DNA of 64,000 bases from Eledone cirrhosa (Eukaryota), in assembly GCA_964016885.1 (NCBI GenBank), contig OZ024741.1, forward strand, positions 38,874,001 through 38,938,000. The letters are read 5' to 3'. Both the position numbers and the translations under genes were made by a program. Positions 27,691-41,790 of this stretch are shown one piece after another. The notes under the pieces were generated by a model. It had not been told where the DNA came from. It did no database searches and saw only the letters and a program-made list of their open reading frames with translations. The number at the start of each line of letters is the position of its first letter. Position 1 is the first letter of the stretch.

Positions 27691-27740
27691 TATGTATGTA
27701 TATATATACAATATATACATACATATATATATACTTATAT

Positions 27741-27788
<48 letters not shown>

Positions 27789-28169
27789 TTATCACGATGT
27801 TGACTCCAACATTCCCATAATTTTCGTTTAAACAAAGAAATAACAACTAAACAAGAACAACAAAAACATTAGCAACAGCAAAATTACTTTGCTTTTCAAA
27901 AGAAGCAACCTATTTAACATAAAGAAAATAGACATAGCTAATCAAAATCTTCTTTTAATTAATTAATTAATCAATAGCTGATTTGTCTCAGATATTTCAC
28001 TTCTTTTCCTCTTAACCTAACTTATATTTGTTTCCAACCTACGTTTATTCGTTTCTTCAAAAATACTATCAACCATCTCGCAATTTCTTTCTCTTCTTCC
28101 CTCAATCTATCTGTTTTATTCATTTATAGATTCATCTACCTATCTATCTATCTATTTGCCTGTCTTGCC

Positions 28170-28937
28170 GAAGAGCTTTACCCGTTCGAGAGAAGCTCTA
28201 CAGACACGGGCGCCCGGGCAGGGATCCCTCGAAAAAGATCTGTCCGAGATGCGTCCTGGACGAGGAAACCGTCGCGCACGCATTCGAACACAGCCCGGGC
28301 GTTACCGACCTGTGGAGCTATGCAGAACGACTACTGTCGTGGGTGGGACAAATCCGGTTGACCACCGAGTCCTTTATTGCAATCAAACCGCCACCTTCCT
28401 TCAAAAACGAAGGAGAGGCGGTTTTCCTCTGTGTAATGGCTATGGTGAAAGAGGCTATATGGTGGACGAGACTGAAAGGGCTGAGGTCAGACACCTTTCT
28501 CTCCGGCGAACAACTGGTTCGCTTCTTCAAATATCATTTTAGAAGAAATATCAGAGTGGAGAGAGAGGTGCTGCACCCCAGCAAATTTTACGAATGGTGG
28601 GTGAATGTGGCAAGGATGGACCGAGTGGTTGGGCCTTCTCTCTATATAAACCTGTAGGTTGAAGAAAAAGAGGAAGAGAGGAAAGGAGCGCTCACTCTTC
28701 GTGCTCCTGGAGATGAGGGTTGTACATTTTTTCGGTGTGTGTACAACCCATGTACGCATCCCCCCTATTGGGGATTTCAATTGTTAATTGTTATTTGTTA
28801 TTTGTTATTTGTTATTTGTTATTTGTTATTTGTTATTTGTTATTTTTATTAATTCTATTTTTTTACACGCATGTATGTAAACTCCCCACTCTGTATTTGT
28901 CCCCATCTTTTTGCGCCCTTGTGCCAAATAAAGAAAT
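28170..28937 (+). mobile_element. Tx1 LINE 3' fragment (TATC lineage)
   Basis: LPVREKLYRHGRPG..CPRC..WWTRLKG; 3'UTR ending AATAAAGAAA; preceded by TATC repeats. Confidence 0.85.
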
Positions 28938-29963
28938 GAGTGTGCCCAGGCGCTCACCGCCCTCTGGCAGGCGGATCCGGTTATCAGTGGAGACTCCACC
29001 GCAACATTCTATAGAGGGCTGGTACGCAGCAGGTGCGACGACGCCCTCGGAGAAGCCCTAGACATGGAGGAGGACGAACTGGCCGGCCTGTTCGGCAGGA
29101 CATTCAGCCCGGGACCTATGGACAACTTCCAGAAGTCCCTGGCCTGGCAAGGCTACCGAGGAGCTTTACCCGTTCGAGAAAGGCTCTACAGACACGGGCG
29201 CCCGGGTAGGGACCCCGCCAAAAAGATCTGTCCCAGATGCGTGTGCGACGAGGAAACCGTTGCACACGCATTGGTACACTGCTCGGGCGTAGCCGTTCTG
29301 TGGGGCTATGTCGAACAACTGCTGTCAAGGGTGGGACCGATCCGGTTGACCACCGAGTCTATTGTAATGATCTAGCCGCCTCCCCCCTTCAAAGATGAAG
29401 CAGCGGCGGTGTTTCTGTGCGTAATAGCCATGGCGAAAGAGGTTGTATGGTGGACGCGTCTGAAAGGACTGAGGTCAGGCACCTTTCTCTCTGGCCAACA
29501 ACTGGTCCGTTTCTTCCGATATCATTTCGGAAGAAGGATCAGGATGGAGAGAGAGGTGCTGCACCCCAGTCGTTTTTATGAAAGGTGGGTGAAAGTGGCG
29601 AGAATGGCCCGTGTGAATGGGCCTTCTCTTTACATGAGCCTGTAGGTGGAAAAGAGGAAGGAACGAGGGAGCACCCCCTCTCTGTGCTCCTGAGGAAAAG
29701 GGTTGCACACTTTTTTCGGGGGTGTGTGCGACCCCCCAAGGCGCCTCCTCTCTATTGAGGATTTTGTTATAAATTTTATTTTTTGTTATATTTTATAACT
29801 AAATCCTCTATTGAGGATTTTGTTATAATTCTATTTTTTGTTATATTTTATTTTATTTTTATATATTGTTATTGCCTCCTCCCTATTGAGGACGCCTTGT
29901 TTTGTAAACTCCCCCCATTGTACTTGTCCCACTTTTGATGCCCTTGTGGCAAATAAAAGAAAC
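28938..29963 (+). mobile_element. Tx1 LINE 3' fragment (TATC lineage) fused head-to-tail to the previous one
   Basis: zf-RVT CPRC..ETVAHALVHC; ends AATAAAAGAAACA then (TATC)n at 29965-30046. Confidence 0.88.
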
Positions 29964-29964
29964 A

Positions 29965-30046
<82 letters not shown>

Positions 30047-30098
30047 CCACTCTCTCTCACCTGCCATTCTCTCTGTCTGTCTGTCTCTCTCTCTATAT

Positions 30099-30944
30099 AT
30101 ATAAGTTTGTCCATAAAGTCTATTTACAGTTTGAAAAATATATTACAAAGGCAATTGATGAGATATCTTAATCAGAATTATTGTATGTACTCAGTAGTTA
30201 TCATTGTTTTTAATCACATTGCATTTGTGCATTTCTAGTATTCTGTTGAAGAAAGAGGTACTGTTAAATGAACCCCTAAAAAATGGCTACTCCTCAAGAA
30301 AAGGCACAATGTGTATTATGGTTTATTGAAACAAAATCGGATACGCAGAGTCAGCGAAACTACAGAATTACGTATGGAAGGGATCCACCGTGTGGTGTGG
30401 CATTATGTGTAATCGAATCGTTGGTCCATTTTACTTCAACGAGATATCAATTACTGCAAATATTTACCTTGACCTTTTGACTGAATATATGGCACAACTA
30501 GATGGCCTCCAACCAACAATCCTTTTCCAGCAAGATGCTGCACAACCGCGTTGGAGACTGCATGTTCGTGGGTTACTAAATCCAAATTCTCAGACTGGTG
30601 GATGGGAAGGGATGGTCCAATTCCCTGACGACCTAGTGCACCAGATATCACTCCCTTGGACTTCTTTATGTTAAAAATATCGTGTATCGAACAAAAATAC
30701 GAGACATCACTGATGTCATTTCCCCCATTGATGAGGCTATGCTACAGCAAACATGGCAAGAAATGGAGTACTGTCGTGATGTGCTTCGTGAAACTAATGG
30801 TGCCCATATAGAGGTGCATTGAATTAGTTTTAAAAAACATCAATATCTACTCCGCATATTGTAACAATTTCCACATATTTGTCTTTTCATTTGCTTTTGT
30901 AATCATTTTTTTAAATTGTAAAGAGACTTTATGAAGACCCTGTA
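30099..30944 (+). mobile_element. Tc1/mariner-superfamily DNA transposon, internally deleted
   Basis: imperfect TIRs CATAAAGTCT.TTTACA.TT; transposase remnants MATPQEKAQCVLWF, VWCG..IVGPFYF, FQQDAA; TA flanks. Confidence 0.8.
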
Positions 30945-30964
30945 TATATATATATATATATATA

Positions 30965-31283
30965 TGCGAAATTTATTATACTTATTCACCAACCAATCAA
31001 ATTACTTCTCTAAAAGCCTGGCGTTTCGAGCCACATTTTTTTATATAAAACAAGTAACATTCAAAGAACAACCAGATGTGAGAAAAACCACAGACCGTCC
31101 ATCTCAACTCTACTTTTGAAAAGAAGAACTGCGAAACCGGTAAAGGAACCAAATAAATATATATATATTTTAAAAATAAGACTCCAGTTGCATTTTCGAT
31201 TTCATCTTTTTTCCTTATATTTTCACTCGTGTAGGACACCTCGGTTATTTTTCATTTTGTAAAAAAAACCTCACTTTCTAATA
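30965..31283 (+). mobile_element. Single-arm copy with tail of the 27241-27591 family
   Basis: high similarity including the tail TTTCACTCGTGTAGGACACCTCGG..CTCACTTTCTAATA, then (TA)n. Confidence 0.75.
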
Positions 31284-31319
31284 TATATATATGTGTGTGT
31301 GTGTGTATGTGTCTGATGG

Positions 31320-31974
<655 letters not shown>

Positions 31975-31985
31975 ATATATATATA

Positions 31986-32025
<40 letters not shown>

Positions 32026-32389
32026 TGTGTGTGTGTGTGCGTGTTTGTGTGTGCGTGTTTGTGTGTGCGTGTTTGTGTGTGCGTGTGTGTGTGTGTGTTT
32101 ATTAGAGTCGGTTGGCTAAGACCATATCAAATATGAATCGAACAATGGAGCGTACAAGACAAAGACGTTGGATCGAACAATGTAAAGCGAACAGTCCCTT
32201 CTCTTCAGCCAACCTCGGTACTATATATATATATTGAAATTGAAAATGCAACTGGGGTCTTTTAAGAATATTTATTTACTTTACCGGTTTCACATTCTTG
32301 TGATTTTCAAAAGTAATATTGAGATGGAGGGTTTGTGTTTCTGTTGTGGTTTGTCTCGCATCTATCTATCTATCTACCTATATATATAC

Positions 32390-32710
32390 ATTGTTGTAGG
32401 GTTGCAGGTAAATGCGTCCATAGGTGGTATGCCGGTTGAGCATTCGATGCTCACGCAGAATAGTGTATAATATTATAAAGGACGAGAAATCAGTATTGCA
32501 TCATATCACATTTATTAACATATTACATATGTTTCTCCGTCGATCAGCTCGAGGCAAGATCTGTTACAGATCGAACCTGGAGATCCTTCGAATGTAGAGT
32601 CGGGTTCCATCTGTAACAGATCTTGCCTCCAGCTGATCGACGGAGAAACATATGTAATATGTTAATAAATGTGATATGATACAACACTGATTCCTCGTCC
32701 TTTATAATAT
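32390..32710 (-). mobile_element. Hairpin + one-sided tail element related to 31320-31665
   Basis: arms 32470-32578 and 32604-32710; tail shares CCATAGG.GGTATGCCGGTTGAGCA; GAAACATATGTA motif. Confidence 0.7.
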
Positions 32711-32726
32711 ATATATATATATATAT

Positions 32727-33321
32727 TTCGTTTCTGAATTTGTTTAGCAAGATTCTTTATCTGAAAACGGGTGTTGAAACCGATATTGTTATACTTTGGG
32801 AGGGTCATGTTGCCAATAAGAAACACACGCACCAGTTGCTTTCACTTCAATTTATTATAATAAATTTATAAATTTAGGAATTTATAAATTTCCGGTTGGT
32901 TGGTTGGTTGGTTGGTTCGACAACCAGATGATTGTTTATATATTGTCATAGTTCTTTCGTCACACATTCTGTGACCTCTTCAGTGACTGGGGATTCTTTT
33001 CTTTGTTTTGTGCCTCTCCTTTGTTCTGTCCTACGCCATCTTGTTTTTGTGTATACACAAAAACAAGATAGCGTAGAAGATGACGTAGGACAGAACAAAG
33101 GAGAGGCACAAAACAAAGAAAAGAATCCCCAGTCACTGAAGAGGTCACAGAATGTGTGACGAAAGAACTTTGACAATATATGAACAACCGTCCGATTATG
33201 GAACCAACAAACCAACCGGAAATTTATAAATTCTTAAATTTATGAATTTAATTTATAATAAATTGGAGTGAAGCAACTGGTGCGTGTGTTTCTTATTGGC
33301 AACATGACCCTCCCAAAGTAT

Positions 33322-33329
<8 letters not shown>
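32727..33329 (-). mobile_element. Short PLE palindrome with hammerheads; termini and tail homologous to the large PLE
   Basis: palindrome centre 33053/33054; ends ATGACCCTCCCAAAGTATAACAATAT; tail 32727-32782 matches 48451-48491. Confidence 0.85.
32945..32988 (-). ncRNA. Minimal type I hammerhead ribozyme
   Basis: GTCA CTGAAGA G GTCACA-GAATG-TGTGAC GAAA GAAC TA TGAC; mirror copy on + at 33132-33174. Confidence 0.7.
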
Positions 33330-33386
<57 letters not shown>

Positions 33387-33512
33387 TAGGTATTTAAAAT
33401 ATCGTTGTAATTAAAATATTCAAACATTAACTGAATGAGAACCCTCTGCAGCCAGTTGTAGTGACCTAGCTGTAACTTAGAATTCAATATCACTTCTTTC
33501 TCTCTCTCTGTA

Positions 33513-33577
<65 letters not shown>

Positions 33578-33584
<7 letters not shown>

Positions 33585-34318
33585 TTAGAAACACACAGAT
33601 ACATGCGGACACACACATATACATGAATGCATCCACACCCAACCGTGAGTTAAGGGTGCCAACCTCACCGATGTTGCTCAATGAATGACTGGGACAGACC
33701 AATCCGGTTGAACCAGACTGAACCAGTATCAGAGTTAAAAATACATTATGAAGAGAGAAGAAACATTTAGATATAATTAGTAATAAAATGTATCATACCT
33801 AAACTGCTCCTAGATTCCTCGACTACGTAGTTTCGTGGCATAAACAAAAACAATACATCATAAAGATATAGAGTCCCTGCGAGGTCTGCCGACTTATTAA
33901 GAGGATACCTCATTTTACTAGCCTCAAGAACGCGTCTACACGACGTGAGAAAGTATCCCAAAAGGCGGAGGGGGAGATAGTCACGCGATATAACGGTCGA
34001 GAAACAGAGCTAAGCCTCTTATAACCCCGAAGAAAATACCACGGAGGCGGAGGGGGTATTCATATCGAAGCCGTAGAAGAGGTGGTGAAGGAGGCGAGAA
34101 GTATGAGTAATGGCTGCTTTCCAGCAGTCACCACACTTCAAAGGTTGCTCGACCAGAGGGAGTTATTAACAATATATTTAGAAACACACAGATACATGCG
34201 GACACACACATATACATGAATGCATCCACACCCAACCGTCAGTTAAGGGTGCCAACCTCACCGATGTTGCTCAATGAATGACTGGGACAGACCAATCCGG
34301 TTGAACCAGACTGAACCA

Positions 34319-34322
<4 letters not shown>
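33578..34322 (-). mobile_element. ~593-bp partial-tandem non-coding element (retrozyme-like), copy 2
   Basis: ~150-bp direct repeats 33580-33730 and 34173-34322; GAAACTACGTAGTC motif; TA on both sides. Confidence 0.78.
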
Positions 34323-34355
<33 letters not shown>

Positions 34356-34599
34356 AAAGAATAGAGGTGTAACACACAAGTTATTATATATTGGTAAACG
34401 GAATAGAAAATGCTGACAAATTGTTCACAGTTGAAAAATGGTTTAATTAGGAATAAAAGAGTATTAGTGATTGTATGGGTTAGTATTCAGTTGTGGTTTT
34501 AAGTTTTTAAGTTTTTACCGGTTGCGCATTTCTAAATGCTTTTCAAAAATAATTTTGAGATAGAGTGTCCGTGCTGTTTGCTCTGATCTCATATATATA

Positions 34600-34792
<193 letters not shown>

Positions 34793-34799
34793 GTATGTG

Positions 34800-35830
34800 G
34801 GTGTGGGCGTGTCAGTATATTCTTATACTTTTGGCGGATCATGCTGCCAATAAAAACATACGCACCTGTTGGTTATCTCTTCAATTTATCATAAATTTCC
34901 AGTTGGTTAGTTTTATAACCGGGTGGTTGTTTGTTTGCTTATTGTCAAAGCTCTTTGGTCACACAATCTGTGACCTCCTCAGTGACTAATTAGTTATTTT
35001 GTTTCTCTTCTTTGTTATCTCTTACACCATCTTGTTTTGTGAACTGTATACTCAGGTTGCGTATGCGTTATATCCATGTGTGTGTTTTTATTTATTTATA
35101 CGTTTATTTACTGGTCACTAGTTGGTTGCTTGTTCTATTTGTATGTGTCTGGTTTGTTTTATTAATTTGGATCTTGTGTGTCTCTGTATGTCTTTATCAT
35201 CTTATCCTCAATTAGTTTGGTTCTTGTGTGTCTCTTATGTCTTTATCTTGTCCTTAATTAGTTTGATTCTTGTGTGTCTCTGTTTGTCTTGTCCTTAATT
35301 TCTATTTGTGATGTTGTTGCTATTCTAGTCATGTTTTCTGTTTAATTTTGATTGGGGTTTGTTTATGTTTGTTGCTTCTGTAATCTGTCGGAGCATTGCA
35401 TTTTTTCTGTGTGTGGATATCATGTTCATCTCAATGTTCTCTAATGTTCCCCTATGTTCTATTTTGGAATGTTGGTGGAGTACTGACGAGTTTTCCCATC
35501 CGATAGTTCTCGCCGGTGCTCATTTATCCTTTCTAAAAAGCTACAGGCCGTCTCACTGATGTATATTGTGTTGCTATTCTTACACTGTCCCTCAGTACAT
35601 CTTATGCTATTTATTACGTTCCTAGTTTTGCAGTTAATTTATGGGATTAATTTGCAGACTATACAGTTCCTATCAGTGTAGGGTCTTTTTTCAAAAGATT
35701 ATGTTCTACTAATTTAAAAAAAAAACAAAAAAAACTACATTGACAAGAAATGTATAATCTGCAAATTAAGCACACACATTAACTACAAAACTAAGAAGTA
35801 GTATATAGCATACGATGGAATCTTGGGCAG
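34800..35830 (-). mobile_element. Decayed PLE 3' end (GIY-YIG remnant + UTR + dead hammerhead) with short inverted 5' piece
   Basis: reverse translation CIVCKL..INCKTRNV..SIRCTEG..SETA..ERINEH..RQITEA matches the EN in 43349-44767; CTGAGGA..CAAA motif ~34945-34986; inverted fragment ~35735-35830. Confidence 0.75.
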
Positions 35831-36269
35831 TGCACTATACATATGAATGGAGTTCCACTGAAGCAGATGGAGAAGTTCAAGTATTTCGGGGCCGTGAGGA
35901 GGCACTCACTTAAACGCACATACTTTTTGTCCCCTTGGTTTCTCCTCACACACGTACATACCCTTTCGCTCTGTCTCTACCCTCAGCATTATCCCTATCC
36001 CTACTTATGTCTGATACAGGGGACTCTCTTCTCAGCATTTAACACTCTTATACCTTCATCTTGTATCTTCAACTCATAACACAACACACAATTCCTTATA
36101 GCTTGCCTACCACCGTCGCCGCTGCCACCACCATCACCAGCCCACCATGACCATCACGTAAACCAACGCCACAAGAGAAGTCACTCCGACCACCTCAACC
36201 AGAATTTGTGGATTGGCAGTATCGGTGGAAGGTCCGAAGCCATGCTATGCAGCATAGAGTTACGGCCCT

Positions 36270-36392
36270 TTACTATCCGAGTTCAAATCCCGCTGAGGTT
36301 AACTTTGGCTTTCATCCAGGTCGATAAAATGAAGTACCAGTAATGCACTGGGGTAATTGCTGGCCTTGTGCCAAAAGTAGAAACAATTATTA
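36270..36392 (+). mobile_element. SINE with Nin/Deu-like domain
   Basis: B-box GAGTTCAAATCC; CTTTCATCC..GGTCGATAAAATGAAGTACCAG; TTA tail. Confidence 0.65.
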
Positions 36393-36464
36393 CTAGAGAA
36401 GGTACTACAGACAACAACACTACGAGAGAAGATACTGCCACTACCTTGAACACTACTAGAGAAA

Positions 36465-37075
36465 ACACCGCCACCAACACCACCACCACCGCCACCAACA
36501 CCACCATCACCACCACCATCACCACCACCATCACCATCACCACCACCATCACCACCATCACCATTACCACCACCATCACCACCACCATCACCATCATCAC
36601 CACCATTACCATCACCATCATCACCACCACCATCACCACCACCATCACCACCACCATCATTGTCCTCCTCTTCCATTAAATAAAATATTTATTCACCTGT
36701 TTATCGCTACATCCACATGGTTGAAGTTTCAGAACTTACTGAACAAAAAATAATCTACAGAGGGGACCTGCAACCATCATCACCATCACCACCAACAACA
36801 CCATAACCTTCAACAACACCACCATCTACACCACAACAACTACCGCAACCACCACCTCCATCACCTTTATCACTGCTACCATCACCACCAACAACACCAT
36901 CATCACCAACAACATCACCACCACAACAACCACCACAACAACAACCACAACCACCACCTCCAGCACCAGCATCACTGCTACCATCACCACCAACATCACT
37001 ATCATCACCATCAACATCACCACCACAACCACCACCTCCAGCACCAGCATCACTGCGACCATCACTGCTACTAAG
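36465..37075. repeat. (CAC/CAT/CAA)n trinucleotide tracts
   Basis: directly visible. Confidence 0.9.
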
Positions 37076-37242
37076 CAACATATAGAACTTTACGATAGAT
37101 AATTGGCAGGCATTAGCAGTTACAAAGATGTCTTATCACTTCTCTTGTTAAAACTTCACCCGAGAAAAATAAAACAAATCTTCGCCAGTTAACAATGTCT
37201 TTCGTATTTTAGCGTATTTTCAATCTGATTTTGTGTAAGTGT

Positions 37243-37244
<2 letters not shown>

Positions 37245-37334
<90 letters not shown>

Positions 37335-37351
37335 TTATCTATCTATCTATC
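37245..37351. repeat. (TATC)n, 5' flank of the Tx1 element
   Basis: directly visible. Confidence 0.95.
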
Positions 37352-37795
37352 ATCTAGCTGTCGTCTGTTCTACAGCGTAGATGTAATTCACTTCGCGCAG
37401 AAGTTTTGTTCAAATTTATTGCGGAAATTTTGTAAGTTCAATTTTAATTTTGATACTATTGCTTAGCTTGACCCCCCGTCTGAACTGTCAGGCGGTGGGT
37501 CAGCTCATCTTTACCCCTCCTAGGGGTGAAAAACCTGTTTTTAAAAATGTTGTGGCATAAAAAAATTTCAATCGTCTGACAGAAATGTTAAACGAAGCTA
37601 ACGAAAATAGTGGTGGGGTGACAGCGGTAAGAGTTGTAAGCTCACACGCTTTAGTCCCCCCCCCCCTTCCTTCCCAACTAACGTCATAGAGAAGGAAGGA
37701 AAAAATAAAATAAAAACAGACGAATCTGCGGAGAAAAATGACGAAAACACAAATCTGGACATGGATTCGAACAACGAAAAAAGAAATTTGAAAAA

Positions 37796-39109
37796 TTGCA
37801 TGACAATATTAATACCACAAACAAAGACACAACAAACACAAAAATAACATTTGAAAACAACATCATAACAGAAAGCAAAGCAGACGACAAAGTCAACACA
37901 ATTAAGATTTCATTTGCACAAACAACAAAGAAATCTTTGACATATATACCTGAAAATATTTCAGATGTGGCACAAAGAATTGCAGACGCCAAACAATATA
38001 TAACTGAAGGAGAGAATGGTATTTTATCGGTAAAAATGCCTCAAGAACTCACCAAAGACATTGAAAGTCGAACGGTCGTTTTCCGCACCATCAACAACAC
38101 TTCAAAAAAACCTGAACAGCCAACTCAAACAGATATCAAAACAGTACTCACAGAAGTACTTAATGAAACCACTTTCATAAGAAAAGACAGACTGTATGGA
38201 AGCCTAGCGATTATTATGAAGAACGAATCGGCGGCAAGAAAATGTGCTTTGTCACCGATTCGTTCGAAAAAATTTACCTTTTATCCATCTTATATGGGTA
38301 AAAGAACTCAACGCATATGGCTGGATGCAATGATGCCAGATGTGGACTACTGCTGGCTCATAGCTGGCTTCATCGATCCAGCGAATGACAACGTGATTTC
38401 CATTGGGAAAACCACAGGCAATGCGTTCAGTGGAACAGGTATAGAGCTTGTAGTGCAAATGAAGCCTGAACGCATCGCCCAAATACCTGACAGAATCCTA
38501 TTAGAGGGCCACGGGTATATAAACATTAGCGTGGAGGGGAGAAGACCGTCCTGTCATATCTGTGCAGGCAGAGGGCACCTGAAGGCGGCTTGTCCCCAAC
38601 TCAACAAAAAGAAAACCCTGCTACCAACACCAGCTCCACCACCACCACCACAACAGATAAACAAACAACAAAACGCAGTCCCACCCAACCCGTCCCTCAG
38701 TAAAACTACACCACCACCACAACACAAACAGTCACAACACATTACCCCAAAACAAAATACAGGCCCACCCAACCCCTCACTCAATAAAACAACACAACCA
38801 CCGCATCCACAACACACAACACAGTCTAACATAGTGACATCCATCTCCCCCACAAAGAAAACCAACACGGAAACATTACCAGCAAACAAACCGCGTCCTA
38901 CTAAAAAAGCTTTCCCCCTCCCCTTCCCCTCCCCAACACAACTCCAAACACCCCAACCCCACCACACACTGACGACCCCACACCACCACAAGACACCCCT
39001 TCACCCAACACCCCCGACCCCATGGAAGTCGTGCGACCCGAACCCCGGGAAGCAGAAAGGTAGGTCTCTACACTCTCCTTTGGCTCTGCCGCCCACATGG
39101 ATGTGTTAA
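37796..39109 (+). CDS. LINE ORF1 protein (CCHC knuckle, Pro-rich C-terminus); true start uncertain
   Basis: 437-aa open frame, CHICAGRGHLKAAC; stop overlaps the ORF2 ATG region. Confidence 0.75.
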   Translation: MHDNINTTNKDTTNTKITFENNIITESKADDKVNTIKISFAQTTKKSLTYIPENISDVAQRIADAKQYITEGENGILSVKMPQELTKDIESRTVVFRTINNTSKKPEQPTQTDIKTVLTEVLNETTFIRKDRLYGSLAIIMKNESAARKCALSPIRSKKFTFYPSYMGKRTQRIWLDAMMPDVDYCWLIAGFIDPANDNVISIGKTTGNAFSGTGIELVVQMKPERIAQIPDRILLEGHGYINISVEGRRPSCHICAGRGHLKAACPQLNKKKTLLPTPAPPPPPQQINKQQNAVPPNPSLSKTTPPPQHKQSQHITPKQNTGPPNPSLNKTTQPPHPQHTTQSNIVTSISPTKKTNTETLPANKPRPTKKAFPLPFPSPTQLQTPQPHHTLTTPHHHKTPLHPTPPTPWKSCDPNPGKQKGRSLHSPLALPPTWMC

Positions 39110-41790
39110 GAGTAGGATGTTTGAATGCACGTGGCCTGGGCTCAACTTGGAAGCAAGCAAAGCTTCTAAATGACCTCAGGTCATGTGGTATAAATGTAAT
39201 GGTTATCTGTGAGACTCGGATCAGCGTCGTGCGGCACCTGGCCTCTACCTTCGATGACTTTGAGGTGCATGCATCTCTCTGTCAACCTGGAGATGGGGGT
39301 GGGGTTGTCATACTGCTGCAAAAACACCTGGGTTTTGCCGTACAGGTTGTTCGCTCGGACCCGGAGGGTCGTTTGTTGGTGCTAGACGTTGGCAGTACTG
39401 AAGGTGCGGCCTTGAGACTGGTCGCCGTCTACTCCCCTTTCGGAGCTGAACGGCCCGACTTCTTCCAGCGTTTGGAGACTTTTCTGGGAACGTCGCGTTC
39501 CCTGCTTCTAGCGGGGGATTGGAATGACATCCTGGATGCACGTTGGGACTATGCAGGAGCATGTCCTAATAGAGGGGGGTGTAACAGCCTCAAGGGGTTA
39601 CTCGACCGTTTTAACTTGGTCGATAGATATCGACTAGATTTTCCAACTGCCGCGTCTCTTGAGCGAAGAGGCAGAGTCCTGCGAGGGACCAATCTCGGCT
39701 GATGAGATCGGAGATGCGCTGAGCCAATGCAGCAGACGCAAATCTCCAGGTCTCGATGGTATACCTTACGAACTTTACTTAGCAATGCCGGTCTTCTTCT
39801 CCGAACTCCTCGAAGCGGTCTACTGCAATTGGCAGCAGAACGGGAGAATTCCTTGTTCTGTAGCCAAGGGCGTAGTCTCGCTGGTGAGGAAGGACGAGAA
39901 CAAGGGGGATAGTATAAATAATTTTCGGCCCATAACCCTGCTAAACACAGAGTTAAAGATTCTGGCCAAGGTGTTAGCAAAGAGGTTGGCGCTTGTCGTG
40001 GGCAGCCTGGTGGGAGATGCGCAGACATGTGCTATCCCACCCAGGTCCATTCACGATAACCTCCACCTCATGCGATACATCAGAGAGAGGGTTGGCAACA
40101 AACCCAGCTTCGGTGGGGCCCTGATCAACTTGGATCAGTCTAAGGCCTTCGATAGGGTCGACCATGGTTACCTGGATGCGGTGCTAGCGGCGGCTGGGTC
40201 CGGTCCTGTTTTCAGAGGCTGGATCACTGCCTTACATAGCAACCACATCTGTTCTAGGATCAAGGTGAACGGCTACCTTTCGAAGCCGTTCGAAATCACA
40301 CGATCCATTCGACAGGGGTGACCTCTCTCCTCCCTTCTGTACGTATTGACTCTCGAGCCTTTACTGAGGAAGTTAGAGTTGTTGCAGGGTATCCCCCTGG
40401 AACCAGGATTGAGCAAAGCGGTGTCGGCCTACGCCGATGACGTAACAGTAATGGTATCGACCGACTCGTAGATCGAGGCGATCGGTACCTTACTGGAGGA
40501 TTACGAAAAGTTGTTAGGAGCGAAACTGAACCGGGAAAAATCCATCGGGCTGCAACTCGGAACGTGGAGAGGCAGACCGATGCCTCCCGACGGTGTCGTC
40601 GGACACTGGACGGAGGGCCCGGTAAAGTTGCTTGGGATCTGGTTTGGACCGGACCTCCAGGTGGAAAAGAACTGGAACGAGGTTACGAACAAGGTGTTTG
40701 CACTAACCCAGAAATAGGCCAAGTGTAAGCTGTCCCTAAAAGGCCGGGCGGAGGTGGCGAACATTTACATAGCGTCCGTCACTTACTACCGCCTGACTGT
40801 CGTGCCTTGCCCTAAGGAAACACTCACCACCATGGAACGCATGCTCTTCCAATTTCTTTGGAAGAAGCGCCCTCCTATGGTGCGAAGATCCATCTGCTGC
40901 CAACAACCTTCGAAAGGAGGGCTGGCGATGCCGTGGTTGATGATGCGTAGGCACGCATTAAGGCTACGGCACCTACAGGTATTCCTCACTGGTCAACCGG
41001 TGTGGGCTCCATTCGTGAAACGAGCCTTTCCGAGACTCGTCTCGCTCACCGAGCTGCAGTCCTGGGTCAAGCAAAGATCCGGAAAACTGGGAGACTGGCA
41101 CACTGAGTGTGCTCAGGCGCTCAGGGCTCTCTGGCAAGCGGGCCAGGCCATCGGTGGAGAATCCACCTCATCATTCTATAGAGGGCTGGTGGCTAGCAGG
41201 GGCAATGACACCCTTGGAGAGTCGCTGGACATGGAAGAGGACGAACTGGCCAGCCTGTTCGGTAGGACTTTCGGCCCGGGACCAATGGACAACTTCCAGA
41301 AGTCACTAGCCTGGCAGTGCTACCGGGGGGCTCTACCCGTTCGAGAGAGGCTCTACAGACATGGGCGCCCGGGCAGGGATCTCTCGAAAAAGATTTGCCC
41401 TAGATGCGTGCGTCACGAAGAAACCGTTGCGCACGCATTGGTGCAATGTCCGGGCGTGGCTGATCTGTGGGGCTACGCCGAACGACTGCTGTCGCGGGTG
41501 GCGCCGATTCAATTGACCGCCGAGTCCGTGATGACAATCAAACCGCCTCCCCTCTTCGCAAAGGAAGCAAAGGCGGTTTTTCTGTGCGTAATAGCCATGT
41601 TGAAAGAGGTTGTTTGGTGGACACGATTGAAAGGTCTGAGGTCAGGCAACTTCCTCTCTGGCCATAGCCTGGTCTACTTCTTCCGATATCACTTCGGAAG
41701 AAGGATAAGAATGTAGAGAGAGGTGCTTGGCCACAGGCAGTTTTATGAAAGGTGGGTGATAGTGGCGAGAATGCCTCGTGTAAATGGGCC
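39097..41790 (+). pseudogene. LINE ORF2 EN-RT-zf, ~720-bp deletion and several stops
   Basis: jump from LDFPT to PRL at ~39649; stops at ~40319, 40469, 40715 and 41714; YADD intact. Confidence 0.9.

Noticed and set aside
35843-35890. MNGVPLKQMEKFKYFG as a host exon
   Set aside because: Resembles the V..FKYLG motif of a LINE RT; tiny relic
40316-40325. In-frame TGA at the Cys of QGCPLS as possible selenocysteine
   Set aside because: The copy has several other stops and a large deletion, and paralogues have TGT; simple point mutation
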